Positions 52,196 through 62,692 of a DNA stretch of 64,000 bases are shown one piece after another; position 1 is the first letter of the stretch, and every line of letters starts with the position of its first letter. Under the pieces are notes generated by a model. It was given only the letters and a program-made list of their open reading frames with translations. It did not search any database and was not told where the DNA came from. Origin of the DNA: Candidatus Hermodarchaeota archaeon (GTDB lineage Archaea; Asgardarchaeota; Lokiarchaeia; Sigyniarchaeales; SOKP01). The position numbers and the translations under genes were made by a program. Where the stretch lies: contig JBHLLP010000016.1 of assembly GCA_048885525.1 (NCBI GenBank), positions 1 to 64,000 on the forward strand, read 5' to 3'.

Positions 52196-52567
52196 TTGGT
52201 GGATAAATTAGATATTGGAAATAAGCTAATAGTTATTGGTCTTATATTGTATATCGGAGCAGTACCTTTATATATAATTTCTGCCATGATATGGGAGATA
52301 ACTCCAATAGGTTTTATTATAGATTGCATTCTGATTATTACAGGACTTACTTGTATTATAATGGGTGGTAATTGGGCAAAAAAGAGCAGAGATTATTGGT
52401 TGGTGCTTATAGGATTAATTTTAATACTTGGAGGTTTATTTTTAGAGGCAATCAATATTTCAGCTAATATCTCAGGTATTTTCATATATATTCCTTATCC
52501 AACTTCGACGGTGCTCTTGATTATAGGAATCACACTCGCCATTATAGGAGGACTAATGAAAGAATAG
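52196..52567 (+). CDS. Four-TM membrane protein
   Basis: Hydrophobic 123-aa ORF with two similar halves. Confidence 0.6.
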   Translation: MVDKLDIGNKLIVIGLILYIGAVPLYIISAMIWEITPIGFIIDCILIITGLTCIIMGGNWAKKSRDYWLVLIGLILILGGLFLEAINISANISGIFIYIPYPTSTVLLIIGITLAIIGGLMKE

Positions 52568-53093
52568 AAAATAGAACCTTAAATCAAGAGAATTTTCGTT
52601 TTTAGAAGAATCTGAAGAAGACGCGAAACATTAACTCGAGTACAGATTTATTTATATATCTAATTTAAACTTTTCAGATCTCTCCCTGGGAAAATTACAA
52701 GGAAAAAGAGAAAAAATCGGAAAACATGATATTCAAAATTGCAAAAAGAGGAGACGTATTTATCTAATAACAGGGTTAAGGGTTGAGGTATTTAGCCGAT
52801 TCAACGGCATTAGGTATAAGAATATATTTTAGTATCATGATATTCCGATCTTTTTATTTACTTACATTTAATGTTCATCAAAAACTAGTATTTAAGGATT
52901 TCCTTTTTTTCTCACGACAAAGCTGACTTTTAAATAAAGAGTCAATTTTAGCAGATTTTAAAAAATGATGTTTGTTTTAAATACAATAATAGAAATTTAG
53001 TATGATATATTAAAATAGGTTTTAAATTGTAAACTTTTTATATAAAACAGTTTCTTAATAAAGAATTTTTTTTTCTTTGTAATTTTATATACA

Positions 53094-53915
53094 CTAATGT
53101 ACTTTTTTTTGAATGTTATAAATAATTCTGTGATTTAATTCGATTTTTTTCTCTTTAGCTAATTCTAAAAGACATTGGAGTATCATGAATAACCCATATT
53201 TTTGTTTGAAATGTTTTCTGATTACTTTAATCAATGTCTTTTTACTTTTGTAATTTTTAGAACTTTTTTTATAAAATTTGATTATTTTATTTCTTAAAAC
53301 TCGCTTTATATTTTTATCGTAGAATCTAGCTAATTTAAACTCATTAAATTCTACACATAGCAAGTTCCAGCTTGGTATTTTAGTAAAATTAACATTTTTG
53401 ATATAAAAATTCTCATATTTTGTTCAGAACATCTTTCTATTCTTTTTTTTTAAAGAAAACGAAAAGTGTAGAGCAAATGGAGTAGAGATTGTTGTTTTAT
53501 TTTCATAGAATTTAAAATTAACGTAATATACTCTTCCACCATACATTCTATGTAAAAAATTTTCAACCGTACTAATTTTAACATTCTTTTTATCCTCAGG
53601 ATATTTCGGGGAAGCCACGCAATAGCCATTTCCATAGAGGATCCATAAAACATATATTCCATTTGAGTTATAATTTTTAGTTCGTTCAATAATCTCTTTT
53701 ACTTGGATTTTAGAGTTCTGAACTTCTACAACTATTTGTTCACCAGAATTTAATCTAAAATAAACATCTGCTCTTCGATTATTGATATATTTTTCAAGAG
53801 ATTTCTCAACAATTTTTTTTTTGTTTTCTGAGATATAGTTAAAAATCAATCGTTTGATAGCTTTATGATAAAATGACTCCGATCTATCACTTTTGGTTGA
53901 TAGTAAATTTGTCAT
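53094..53915 (-). pseudogene. CoiA-like PD-(D/E)xK nuclease gene interrupted by an in-frame TGA (53424-53426)
   Basis: SES..H...K, RRADVY, VVEVQNS, ERT..Y...GIYVLW; frame continues MF*TKYENFYIKNVNF...LLCVEF into ORF 53094-53363. Confidence 0.65.
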
Positions 53916-54021
53916 TTTGTCCTTATTTTTTTTAAAATCTCTATTTAATTAGGTAATTTTTAGGATTAATAATAAAATTAGACAGTTTTAAGATTTAATA
54001 AATTCTTATTGAAATTTTTTC

Positions 54022-55215
54022 TTAAGTTTTAGATAAATTAGGAAGATATATATTATTGGAAATTTCAATAAGAGATTTTGTATATTCAATAATTTTTTTT
54101 GCAATTTCTGGGTGAGAGAGCATTTCAACTTCTATTTTTTCGCCTCTATCCCATAATAGATAGGGTGTATCTTCAAAGGGTACATTCGCTTTAACTTCTT
54201 GTATCCAACTATCTGGTAATTCGTTTTTTAACTCGATATCAAGCATCCTTGCTAAGAAAATGGACCATGCTCTAGGAACCACATTTATTAGATAACCTCC
54301 TCCTCCTAGTGCCATCCATTTATTTTGACAATATTCTCGAGCTGATGTTTTCATAGTTTGAGCAATATCTCTATATACTGATAAAGAAAAACCCATTTGA
54401 GTTAATGGGTCATCAAAATAAGTATCTACGCCTAGTTGGGTTATTAAAATGTCTGGGGAATATGCTTCTAATAATTGTGGCGCGGTTTTTCTGAACAAAT
54501 TTATGAAAGATTTGTTATATGTTCCAGGTAATAATGGAAAATTAATAGAAAATCCCTTCCCTTTCCCCTCCCCTGTTTCATTAATGCTTCCTGTACCTGG
54601 AAATAGAAATCTTCCATCCTGGTGATAGGATATGGTTAATACATTAGGATCATCATAAAATAACCATTGAACTCCATCTCCATGGTGACAATCGATATCT
54701 AAATAAGCAATTCTAATATCTTCATTTAGTTTCTTAAGGTGTTTAATTGCTACTCCAATGTCATTGAAAATACAGAATCCCGAAGCTTTATCCTTCATAG
54801 CATGATGTAAACCTCCTGCGGGATTAAATGCAATTTTAAATTCTTCCTCATTCCAAACTGTTTCTGCTGCTATAATAGAAGCTCCACATACTAAAGCAGA
54901 TGCTTCATACATTCCTTTAAATATAGGATTATCTCCTGGACCTAATCCGTATCGGTAAGGAATTATAGTATTATCTGCAGGATTTTTACTTAATTTCTTG
55001 ACAACTTCTACATATTGCGGCGAGTGTAATCTTTCAATTTCCTCTTGTGTAGCTAATCGAGGTTTCATAATTGTAAGCCTCTCATGATCTAAGAGATTCA
55101 ATTTTTCCATTAAGCTGTATGTTAATTTAAGTCTTAAGGGTCTTAGAGGGTGATCTTTGCCAAAATCGTATTTCTGATAATCCTCAGTGTAAATTAAACC
55201 GACTTTATCAACCAT
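54022..55215 (-). CDS. acuC: AcuC/class I histone deacetylase family protein
   Basis: HPLRP.R, GGLHHA...ASGFCIFND, DIDCHHGDG, FPGTG, GGGGY. Confidence 0.93.
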   Translation of the reverse strand: MVDKVGLIYTEDYQKYDFGKDHPLRPLRLKLTYSLMEKLNLLDHERLTIMKPRLATQEEIERLHSPQYVEVVKKLSKNPADNTIIPYRYGLGPGDNPIFKGMYEASALVCGASIIAAETVWNEEEFKIAFNPAGGLHHAMKDKASGFCIFNDIGVAIKHLKKLNEDIRIAYLDIDCHHGDGVQWLFYDDPNVLTISYHQDGRFLFPGTGSINETGEGKGKGFSINFPLLPGTYNKSFINLFRKTAPQLLEAYSPDILITQLGVDTYFDDPLTQMGFSLSVYRDIAQTMKTSAREYCQNKWMALGGGGYLINVVPRAWSIFLARMLDIELKNELPDSWIQEVKANVPFEDTPYLLWDRGEKIEVEMLSHPEIAKKIIEYTKSLIEISNNIYLPNLSKT

Positions 55216-55412
55216 AAGTGTTATATTAAAAAAAATTCCTTAATTTTTATTATTGTGAATTACATTTCTCTTTTATTGTTCTTGTTAATAATTGATAAGT
55301 TTTAAAAAAAAAATTAGTAATAAATATGAGAACTTGTATTATCAAAATATCATAGAAAAAAATAAATGTATTATTAGATAGTTCATATAAAATTAATTTT
55401 CATCTTAAGAGA

Positions 55413-55967
55413 ATGAGCCAGAATTTTCGAAAATTCATCACTCGCGTTGGTGAACAATCAGAGTTTAAACCTCTCAAGAACCAATTACTTAATTATTTGA
55501 AAAAAGAGAGCGAAAATAAATATAAAAATTACCCTCGACTTTTGAAATTAATGGAAAGTTATTGGCCTCAATATAAAGAACGTTCTCGCATCTCTCATCT
55601 CTTAATAGATCATCATGAGGAAATTTTTACTTTTTATTTGAATTCACTTTTCCATTTTCGGAAGAGAGGTTTGACATTCTCAGACCCAGAAGCTCCAACT
55701 CCAGTTGATTTTAAATTAGTTTTTAAATATCATTATAACAATAAGGAAATCGAAATAGTTGAAGATGTGATAAAAGAATTAAAAATTCAAACTACTACTG
55801 AGTCAATTTTAAAGAGGATTTTTATTTTTACAATAAGCTCTTTTGGTTTTATAGTTGAACAAATATTTGGAAGACCTTTTGCTTTTCAATTTTTTGATAT
55901 AAATGCAAATTCTTTGCCTAATAATGAATGGGAAGTGATTGCAATTATTTCTGGGAGAGAACAATAG
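55413..55967 (+). CDS. Hypothetical protein
   Basis: 184-aa ORF. Confidence 0.65.
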   Translation: MSQNFRKFITRVGEQSEFKPLKNQLLNYLKKESENKYKNYPRLLKLMESYWPQYKERSRISHLLIDHHEEIFTFYLNSLFHFRKRGLTFSDPEAPTPVDFKLVFKYHYNNKEIEIVEDVIKELKIQTTTESILKRIFIFTISSFGFIVEQIFGRPFAFQFFDINANSLPNNEWEVIAIISGREQ

Positions 55968-55980
55968 GTAATTTCTACAC

Positions 55981-56409
55981 TTAACCTTTACTAAGAAATG
56001 AACTTAAATCCATCATATCGTCCCCTCGTTTTACTTGAATCTTAGATTTTATCCCTTTAGCTTTCCGTTCTAAATATATAATAGCGTCTAAAGGAATCTT
56101 TCTTGGCACGCCTCCTCTCTGTTGTATAATCGCAAGTAAATAATCAATATTTTGTACCACATCTGGACTTATTAACTCATTATAGATAGCTTGATAAACG
56201 TAAGGTTCATTTTTCCTTATATGGTTCAAATGGCTGTAAGCCTCTGGAGCTAAAACAACTTTTAAGACAAAATCTATTTTTTCAGAAACAGAAACTATTC
56301 TCTCTTGAGCTTCTTCTTTTCTTTTTTTAGCTTCCATCATTGCTCTCATCTTTTTCATTCGAATTTTTTCTAATTCATATTCTTCAATGTTATGATCATT
56401 TTCGCTCAT
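55981..56409 (-). CDS. PDCD5-related DNA-binding protein
   Basis: ELE.IR.K.M..., LKVVLAPEAY..L..IR...P, C-terminal KIQVKR. Confidence 0.75.
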   Translation of the reverse strand: MSENDHNIEEYELEKIRMKKMRAMMEAKKRKEEAQERIVSVSEKIDFVLKVVLAPEAYSHLNHIRKNEPYVYQAIYNELISPDVVQNIDYLLAIIQQRGGVPRKIPLDAIIYLERKAKGIKSKIQVKRGDDMMDLSSFLSKG

Positions 56410-56697
56410 ATATTTTTTATCTCCTTGATATTTCTTAGTTTTCTGCGTTTTTTATAGATTTATAATATACATAATTCGTTTGTATCTTTTATAATTATAA
56501 TAGTACTGTTCTAAATAAGAAGTTTGTGAAGTTTCATAAAGAAAGATTAGAATTTTATCAATTTATTATCATTCTGAATATCTCTTTACAGAATCAGCAT
56601 AAACTGAATGATAGGAATAATAAAACATGACTGTTAATTGAACTCAAACTTTAAATTAAATAAAATCAGTTTAATTTTTATTTAATTATTATACTGT

Positions 56698-58659
56698 ATG
56701 GTGTTTAGTATTAAGTTTAAGGTTTATCTATACTTTTTAATCATTTTCAGTTTTTTTAATTTTAACGGCGTCTTATGTTTAGAACAAATTCCAGAATTTT
56801 TGGATAATGATGCACAGACTTTGAATCATACTGAATGGAATATTTTAAAGCATCCTAGTTTATCTAATAATGCAGAACAATTCTCTCGTTATAACCTATC
56901 TGTTATTTTTCATGAAGCAACATCGAGTGTCACAGGTGTCTTAAGCGTTGATTATTACAATAACGATCCTATTCCCTTTACACAAATTCCCTTTCATCTC
57001 TTTTTATCAGGAATGCAATATGAAAACAGAATTGGTGATATTGATATTGTAAGCGTTACTACTATAACTGAGCCAAAAACTTCTTTAACATTTCAAGTAA
57101 ATGATGCAGCTCAATTATTATGGGTTAATTTAGAATCGACTTTAGAACCCAATCAGCGTACATTTTTTGAGATTGAATTTTATTCTGTTCTTCCAAATGG
57201 ACCTCTTGATAGAGCGAATTCTCATGGTTCAAATTTTTCTGAATCTCGAATATATAAATTCACAAGTTTTTATCCAATGCCCTGTGTTTATGACAGTTTT
57301 GATGGATGGAATACTGATCCATATTTAGGTTCATGTGATCCATTTTACCATGATATGGCGTATTACAATTTTACTATTGAAGCCCCAAATGGTGTAATTA
57401 TAACTGCAACTGGAGAGCTAATTGAAAAAGAGGATAAAGGACCAACCACCGTTTACCATTTTGATCCAAAACATCCCGTCAGAGAAGTTACTTTTGCTGC
57501 TTCTCGTTATTATCAAATCCAATCTACTATTATTGACGGTGTTAACATTTCTACGTATTACATTCCTAAATCTGGTTATTTATGGGAAAATGATGCATTG
57601 AACTATGCAGTTAATGCTTTTGATCTTTTTAATGATACATTTGGTTTTTATCCCTATTCAACTCTTAATATAGTTGAAGAATATGCTCCTTATTTAGGCA
57701 TGGAATATCCACTTCAAGTTTATGTCTCAGAAGCAATTGATCATTATACTTATACAATACCAGAGAAGAAGAAAATTTTAGAAAAAGCTATCGTTCATGA
57801 AATTGCGCACCAATGGTGGTATAATTTAGTCGGCTTTGATCAAATAGACTGGGGTTTCTTAGATGAAGGCTTAACCTGTTGGTCAACAGATTATTATGGG
57901 AGAATTTATTATAGTAATTGGGAGTATTTTCAATATACACGTTACTTTGAAAGAGTAAGAACATATTATGTAGACTATCACCTTCCCTCAAAATTGAATC
58001 AATCTGCATATGACATCATACAAAATAACTATGACTGGGTATATCTTTCATATTATAAATCTCCTTTAATCTTTGAGAAGATCAGTAGAACCTTAGGGCA
58101 AGATAATTTTATACAAGGATTAAAAACTTTTTTTGAACTGTATCATTTTAAAATTGCTTTATTACCTGATTTACAAAGAGTTTTTGAGAATTTATTTAAT
58201 CCTTCATTAGATTGGTTGTTTTATCCTTGGTTTGATAATCCTTTTCTTCCAAAATATAATTTTCATAAATATAGGTATAATGAAGTTACACGAACGTTAA
58301 AACTTACAATTAATGATCTCAATGAATATCTAAATGTTTATCCCTACTCTCAACAACTAGAACTTCAAATTTATGATCATAATGGAATATTATTATATAA
58401 TGAATGGGTATGGATAAATGGGACGACAGTACTTAATATACCATTGAGTCTTAGACCAGGCAAATTAAGATTGGAATACTGGAATGAAGTTATAGTTCAA
58501 TTATCTTCATCTGATGTGACATATTTGGAAAAAATTTTAGATGAACCACGATTAATTTCAGGATATGAAATATGTAGCATTTTAATCTTCTTTATGTTAC
58601 CATTAATTTTTCTTATCTCAAAGATATTACTTAAATTGAAAAAAATTTCTAAAATTTAG
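56698..58659 (+). CDS. Secreted M1-family metallo-aminopeptidase with Loki-CTERM-like tail
   Basis: GMEYP, HEIAHQWW, LDEG, YYK; C-terminal ISGY + TM + basic tail. Confidence 0.9.
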   Translation: MVFSIKFKVYLYFLIIFSFFNFNGVLCLEQIPEFLDNDAQTLNHTEWNILKHPSLSNNAEQFSRYNLSVIFHEATSSVTGVLSVDYYNNDPIPFTQIPFHLFLSGMQYENRIGDIDIVSVTTITEPKTSLTFQVNDAAQLLWVNLESTLEPNQRTFFEIEFYSVLPNGPLDRANSHGSNFSESRIYKFTSFYPMPCVYDSFDGWNTDPYLGSCDPFYHDMAYYNFTIEAPNGVIITATGELIEKEDKGPTTVYHFDPKHPVREVTFAASRYYQIQSTIIDGVNISTYYIPKSGYLWENDALNYAVNAFDLFNDTFGFYPYSTLNIVEEYAPYLGMEYPLQVYVSEAIDHYTYTIPEKKKILEKAIVHEIAHQWWYNLVGFDQIDWGFLDEGLTCWSTDYYGRIYYSNWEYFQYTRYFERVRTYYVDYHLPSKLNQSAYDIIQNNYDWVYLSYYKSPLIFEKISRTLGQDNFIQGLKTFFELYHFKIALLPDLQRVFENLFNPSLDWLFYPWFDNPFLPKYNFHKYRYNEVTRTLKLTINDLNEYLNVYPYSQQLELQIYDHNGILLYNEWVWINGTTVLNIPLSLRPGKLRLEYWNEVIVQLSSSDVTYLEKILDEPRLISGYEICSILIFFMLPLIFLISKILLKLKKISKI

Positions 58660-58699
58660 GTTTTATTTATTTTATATATACTTTAATAATTAGAAAAAG

Positions 58700-58853
58700 T
58701 GGTCCCTCCCCCCGGAATCTGGTTGGATTCGATTCAAATCCATATTTCGAGCCGGGGACCGCTCGGTTACGGCTGACGTAACTTCATTAGCTACAAGCTT
58801 TGGTACGCGATATTATCTACAGCCGAGCACTCTGACCACTGAGTTAGGGAGGG
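58700..58853 (-). tRNA. trnY: tRNA-Tyr(GTA) with two introns (37/38: 58768-58816; 59/60: 58717-58745), CCA encoded
   Basis: CCCTCCC/GGGAGGG acceptor (C1:G72, archaeal Tyr identity), ACTC/GAGT D stem, CTCGG-CT-GTA-G..A-CCGAG, CCCGG/CCGGG T stem. Confidence 0.9.
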
Positions 58854-59130
58854 ATTATTTTTTATATAAATTAATTATAGGATTTATATATTTTTTACGC
58901 TTTTTTGGATTAGGACTAGAATTAATACAAATTTAAGTATAAGATAACATTGATTTTTAGTTTGACAAAACTTAAAAATTGCTTACATTATAAGAATATT
59001 AACACAAAATTTTTACAAATAAAAATCGCAAATTACTTTTGTTTTGAAAAATTTTTAATATATTAATGTATAATTTTATAAAATCAAACCAATTTATCAA
59101 TTAGAAATTAAATGCAAAATTAAAAAATAG

Positions 59131-59649
59131 GTGATAATCATCAGAGAAGAAACAGACTATACCGAAGCAATCGAAGCATACAAAAATGATCCACTCGTGA
59201 TCTTAGAACCATGGGGTAGAAGTATCGATCATTTAAGACTTACCATCATTGGTAAAAAAGGAACGCCTTACTCAGATGGAAAGTTTGTTTTTGAGATAAA
59301 ATTTCCCGAGAATTACCCTTTTGCACCTCCCTATGCTTATGCAGTTACTTTAATGTGGCATCCTAATATTGATTCCTCAATTCCTCCAGGAAAATTAAAT
59401 ATTTGTTTAGATTTAATTAATCCAGATTTAGTAGGAAAAGTAGATGCTAGTACTGGAGCTTCTGGTTGGACACCAAGTAAAACTCTTACTAATATAATTG
59501 AGGCTTTAAAAGGTATGATGCATATTGAACCTCCTTTCTTTAATCCAGGAGACCCCTTAAATCATGAAGCGGGGGAGCAATATTTTAGAGCTCAAAAAAA
59601 GTTCGAAGCAAAAGCAGCTGCTTGGACTAAGAAATATGCTATGGATTAA
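59131..59649 (+). CDS. Ubiquitin-conjugating enzyme E2
   Basis: G..GTPY..G.F, FP.NYPF.PP, WHPNI......NICLD, W.PS..L, PLN.EA. Confidence 0.93.
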   Translation: MIIIREETDYTEAIEAYKNDPLVILEPWGRSIDHLRLTIIGKKGTPYSDGKFVFEIKFPENYPFAPPYAYAVTLMWHPNIDSSIPPGKLNICLDLINPDLVGKVDASTGASGWTPSKTLTNIIEALKGMMHIEPPFFNPGDPLNHEAGEQYFRAQKKFEAKAAAWTKKYAMD

Positions 59650-59741
59650 ATGATTTTAATTACTTTTTATCTTTCATTTTTAATGTTAATGCTTTAGGAA
59701 TTTTAATTCAAGAGGATTATGATATCATCTTAGAGATCATT

Positions 59742-60359
59742 ATGAATGTTACATTTAAAAATAAAAAGGTCATAATCTTCGACTTAGATGGGACTATAGT
59801 TAATTTAACAGCAGATTGGATGTCTTTAAAAGATACTTTAATAGAGAAGTATAAAAAATATTACAAAGAAGAATCTAATTTTGAAAGGGTTTCAACTTGC
59901 CTCTATGAAATAGTAAAAAGAAAAGATGAAAAAGTATTAGAAGACTTTTTTAATATTATTCGAGAATTCGAGCTTAAAAACATAAAAGATACTCAACCTA
60001 TTGATGAAACAATTTTTTTTATTAATAATAAAGAGTTATTTGGTGTTATTGATGGTGTTAAATTTGCTATCTTATCTCTTAATACTAGGAGTTCTATAAT
60101 CAGAGCATTAGAACTTGCAAAAATATATGATAAAATAGATTATATAGTAGGTAGGGAAGATGTAAGAAGATGGAAACCCTCTCCAGAAGGTCTTTTAAAA
60201 ATTAAGAACCATTATAATGTAAATAAAAAGCAAATGATCTTTTTTGGAGATCTAAAAATCGATATGTTAACAGGACAAAATGCTGGTATTGAAGCTTACT
60301 TTATAGATGATTTAATAAAACTTGTAAATAAGATTCAGAGTAAGTTAAAACTCAACTAA
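59742..60359 (+). CDS. HAD-family hydrolase
   Basis: FDLDGT, KPSPEG and GD...D motifs. Confidence 0.9.
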   Translation: MNVTFKNKKVIIFDLDGTIVNLTADWMSLKDTLIEKYKKYYKEESNFERVSTCLYEIVKRKDEKVLEDFFNIIREFELKNIKDTQPIDETIFFINNKELFGVIDGVKFAILSLNTRSSIIRALELAKIYDKIDYIVGREDVRRWKPSPEGLLKIKNHYNVNKKQMIFFGDLKIDMLTGQNAGIEAYFIDDLIKLVNKIQSKLKLN

Positions 60360-60379
60360 AAAAATTATTTAATCTATTT

Positions 60380-60937
60380 CTAAATTTTCGTAAAACTAAA
60401 CAGCTCATCATTCCTTTCAAAAAACTTAAATAATCCTGTGCTAGTTATTTTACTAATAAGTTCTTCATCCTTAAGATGATGATCATCAACAGAGAGCCAT
60501 CCATCTGTTTTTAAAACGCGGTGCAGCTCTTTTAAAATACTCTTGGGATCAGATAGGTCATGATAAATATCTAAAAGTAAAACATTATCAATACTATTAC
60601 TTCCTAATTTTGTATCACAATCAGTTAATATTGTTTCGATGTTCTTTAATCCCTTTTCTCTTGCTCTTCTTTCAACTTCTTTGATAGCTAAAGGATGAAT
60701 ATCAGCAGCATAGACTTTTCCTATATTACCAACTACCTCGGCAGCCGCAATTGAATAACTACCAGGACCACAACCATAATCTAGTACAATGCTTCCATAT
60801 TTAATGCTAGTTTTTGCAATTTTGTTAGAAGGGGGATAATTTTTATCACGCTTTTGAAAATGTTTTACCATAAATTTAAAATGAGCTTTACTCATAGTTT
60901 CATCTTTTTTTACTTTTTTGGGAACTGCTCTCACCAA
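60380..60937 (-). CDS. Class I SAM-dependent methyltransferase
   Basis: VLDYGCGPG and ELHRVLK..G motifs. Confidence 0.9.
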   Translation of the reverse strand: MVRAVPKKVKKDETMSKAHFKFMVKHFQKRDKNYPPSNKIAKTSIKYGSIVLDYGCGPGSYSIAAAEVVGNIGKVYAADIHPLAIKEVERRAREKGLKNIETILTDCDTKLGSNSIDNVLLLDIYHDLSDPKSILKELHRVLKTDGWLSVDDHHLKDEELISKITSTGLFKFFERNDELFSFTKI

Positions 60938-60971
60938 TCTTTATTCTACTAATATAAAAAAAAATAAAATT

Positions 60972-62555
60972 TCACATATATGTAATTATAACGTTATATT
61001 TTTTGATTTCTGATTCTGTTAATGCTTTACCTAGTGGTGTTAAAGATATAATATCATTACTTATTATTTTCAATGATGTCAATTTAATATCAGGGTCTTT
61101 TAGAGAAGGCATATATGGATTCCAATAAATTTCTTTAGTCATTGGGTTTGTTATCATCCAAAATTCTGGGTCTAATTCATATCCAGTTATTTTCATGGCT
61201 TTAAAAATATATCCAACATCTGCATCAAATGGTACTACTATTTGTACGTTCTCTTCTCCCTCAACTTTTCCACAAGCTAAACAATCCTCTCTTTTAATGA
61301 TGTTTAAATGATCAAATTGACCATATATCCCATTATAATTTACATAAGGAGGATCCATTGGAGGCCCTATATTTCTACCTTTTACTCTGAATAAGAGTTT
61401 TAGAGCCTCTTGAGATTGTATACTAGCAATAACAGAGCTTACAGACTGTATAGCTGCAATTTTATTACCTAATATATTTTCCATTTCTTCGAACTTATAA
61501 TCTGGGCCGAATGTTTCTTTAATATTTTTTTTCCATTCTTCAATTTCTCCTTCTGTTAAGCTTTCTCTTTTTTCAGGTGGAACATTTTCGTCAAATACTC
61601 TTTCCCGTAGCTTCTTTAATTCCTCTTGAGCTAATTCTTTTAGCTTTATTACTTCATCGTTAAGATTTAAATCGGGTTTGTGACCATATTTCTTTTCGAA
61701 GTCTACTTCTGCCTTTATAACGCAGTGATTCCTATTCCGTGGTAAACCTTTTAAAGTACATGCCGCAACAAGCTTATCATCAGCAGGTGGGATAGGTACT
61801 AAACACCTATAACAAGGTGTTTGATCTAATAATGCGGGTGCATGTTTCCAATCGAATACCATCTCTATTTCTTTTCGAATTTTATTAATTATAGGTGTTA
61901 TTTTTTCTGTTTTTATTTCTTCAATTTCTTCTTCTAATTCTTCAATTCTTCTTTGAGCTTGCATATATTCTGGATAATCCATTTCGGTTATTTCCCAAAG
62001 CCTAGCTTCAACTAACTTATCAATTTCTCTTTCTTTATCTTTATATTGTAATCCAGAACCTTCAGGAATTACAATTTGACAATGTCCTTCAAATCCTACG
62101 GTTCCAGCTTCGACCATTGGTTTCTTCAATCTTAAACATATTTTGTTTAAATCAAGTCTCGCATTAAAATTATCTAAAGCAGCAACTATAACATCAGATT
62201 CTTCATATACAGACATTGGCAGTTTCTGGAGTTTTTCGAAATAAAAATCAACCTTTAAATAAGGATTCATTTCCTTCAATCTTTCTGCAGCAACTTCAGC
62301 TTTAGGTCGCCCTTCATCGCCTGGTTTAAACAGCATTTGTCGTGATAAATTAGAGGTTTCTATTGTATCTAGATCAACAAGAATTAATTTACCAATTCCC
62401 ATTAAAGCAAAATCTTTAGCTATTTCACACCCGAGAGCGCCTACTCCAATGATCATCATTGTTCCATTATCTATAGTTTCTTGATCCCAACCTTCAATTA
62501 ATTGTTGCCTCGCATACATACGAGATTTGACAATATCCTCAGTTTTTTCAGTCAT
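60972..62555 (-). CDS. Ubiquitin-activating enzyme E1 (UBA3/ThiF-like)
   Basis: YARQ, GVGALG, D.DTIETSNLSRQ, PCYRC, catalytic CTLKGLPRNRNHC, CLAC. Confidence 0.9.
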   Translation of the reverse strand: MTEKTEDIVKSRMYARQQLIEGWDQETIDNGTMMIIGVGALGCEIAKDFALMGIGKLILVDLDTIETSNLSRQMLFKPGDEGRPKAEVAAERLKEMNPYLKVDFYFEKLQKLPMSVYEESDVIVAALDNFNARLDLNKICLRLKKPMVEAGTVGFEGHCQIVIPEGSGLQYKDKEREIDKLVEARLWEITEMDYPEYMQAQRRIEELEEEIEEIKTEKITPIINKIRKEIEMVFDWKHAPALLDQTPCYRCLVPIPPADDKLVAACTLKGLPRNRNHCVIKAEVDFEKKYGHKPDLNLNDEVIKLKELAQEELKKLRERVFDENVPPEKRESLTEGEIEEWKKNIKETFGPDYKFEEMENILGNKIAAIQSVSSVIASIQSQEALKLLFRVKGRNIGPPMDPPYVNYNGIYGQFDHLNIIKREDCLACGKVEGEENVQIVVPFDADVGYIFKAMKITGYELDPEFWMITNPMTKEIYWNPYMPSLKDPDIKLTSLKIISNDIISLTPLGKALTESEIKKYNVIITYM

Positions 62556-62692
62556 TTTAAAAAACGCTATTTTTAATTTTTATAATATTTATATTTAAAG
62601 ATCTAAATTTAAACTCTTTTAGTTGCTTTTTTTCTAATAATAAGAAAAAAAATTTGGATAAATAGATTATATAGTTGTTTAAATGATGATTT

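Noticed and set aside
52570-53090. Low-coding region with short frames, possible IS or gene remnant
   Set aside because: No recognisable motif, terminal repeats or SECIS found.
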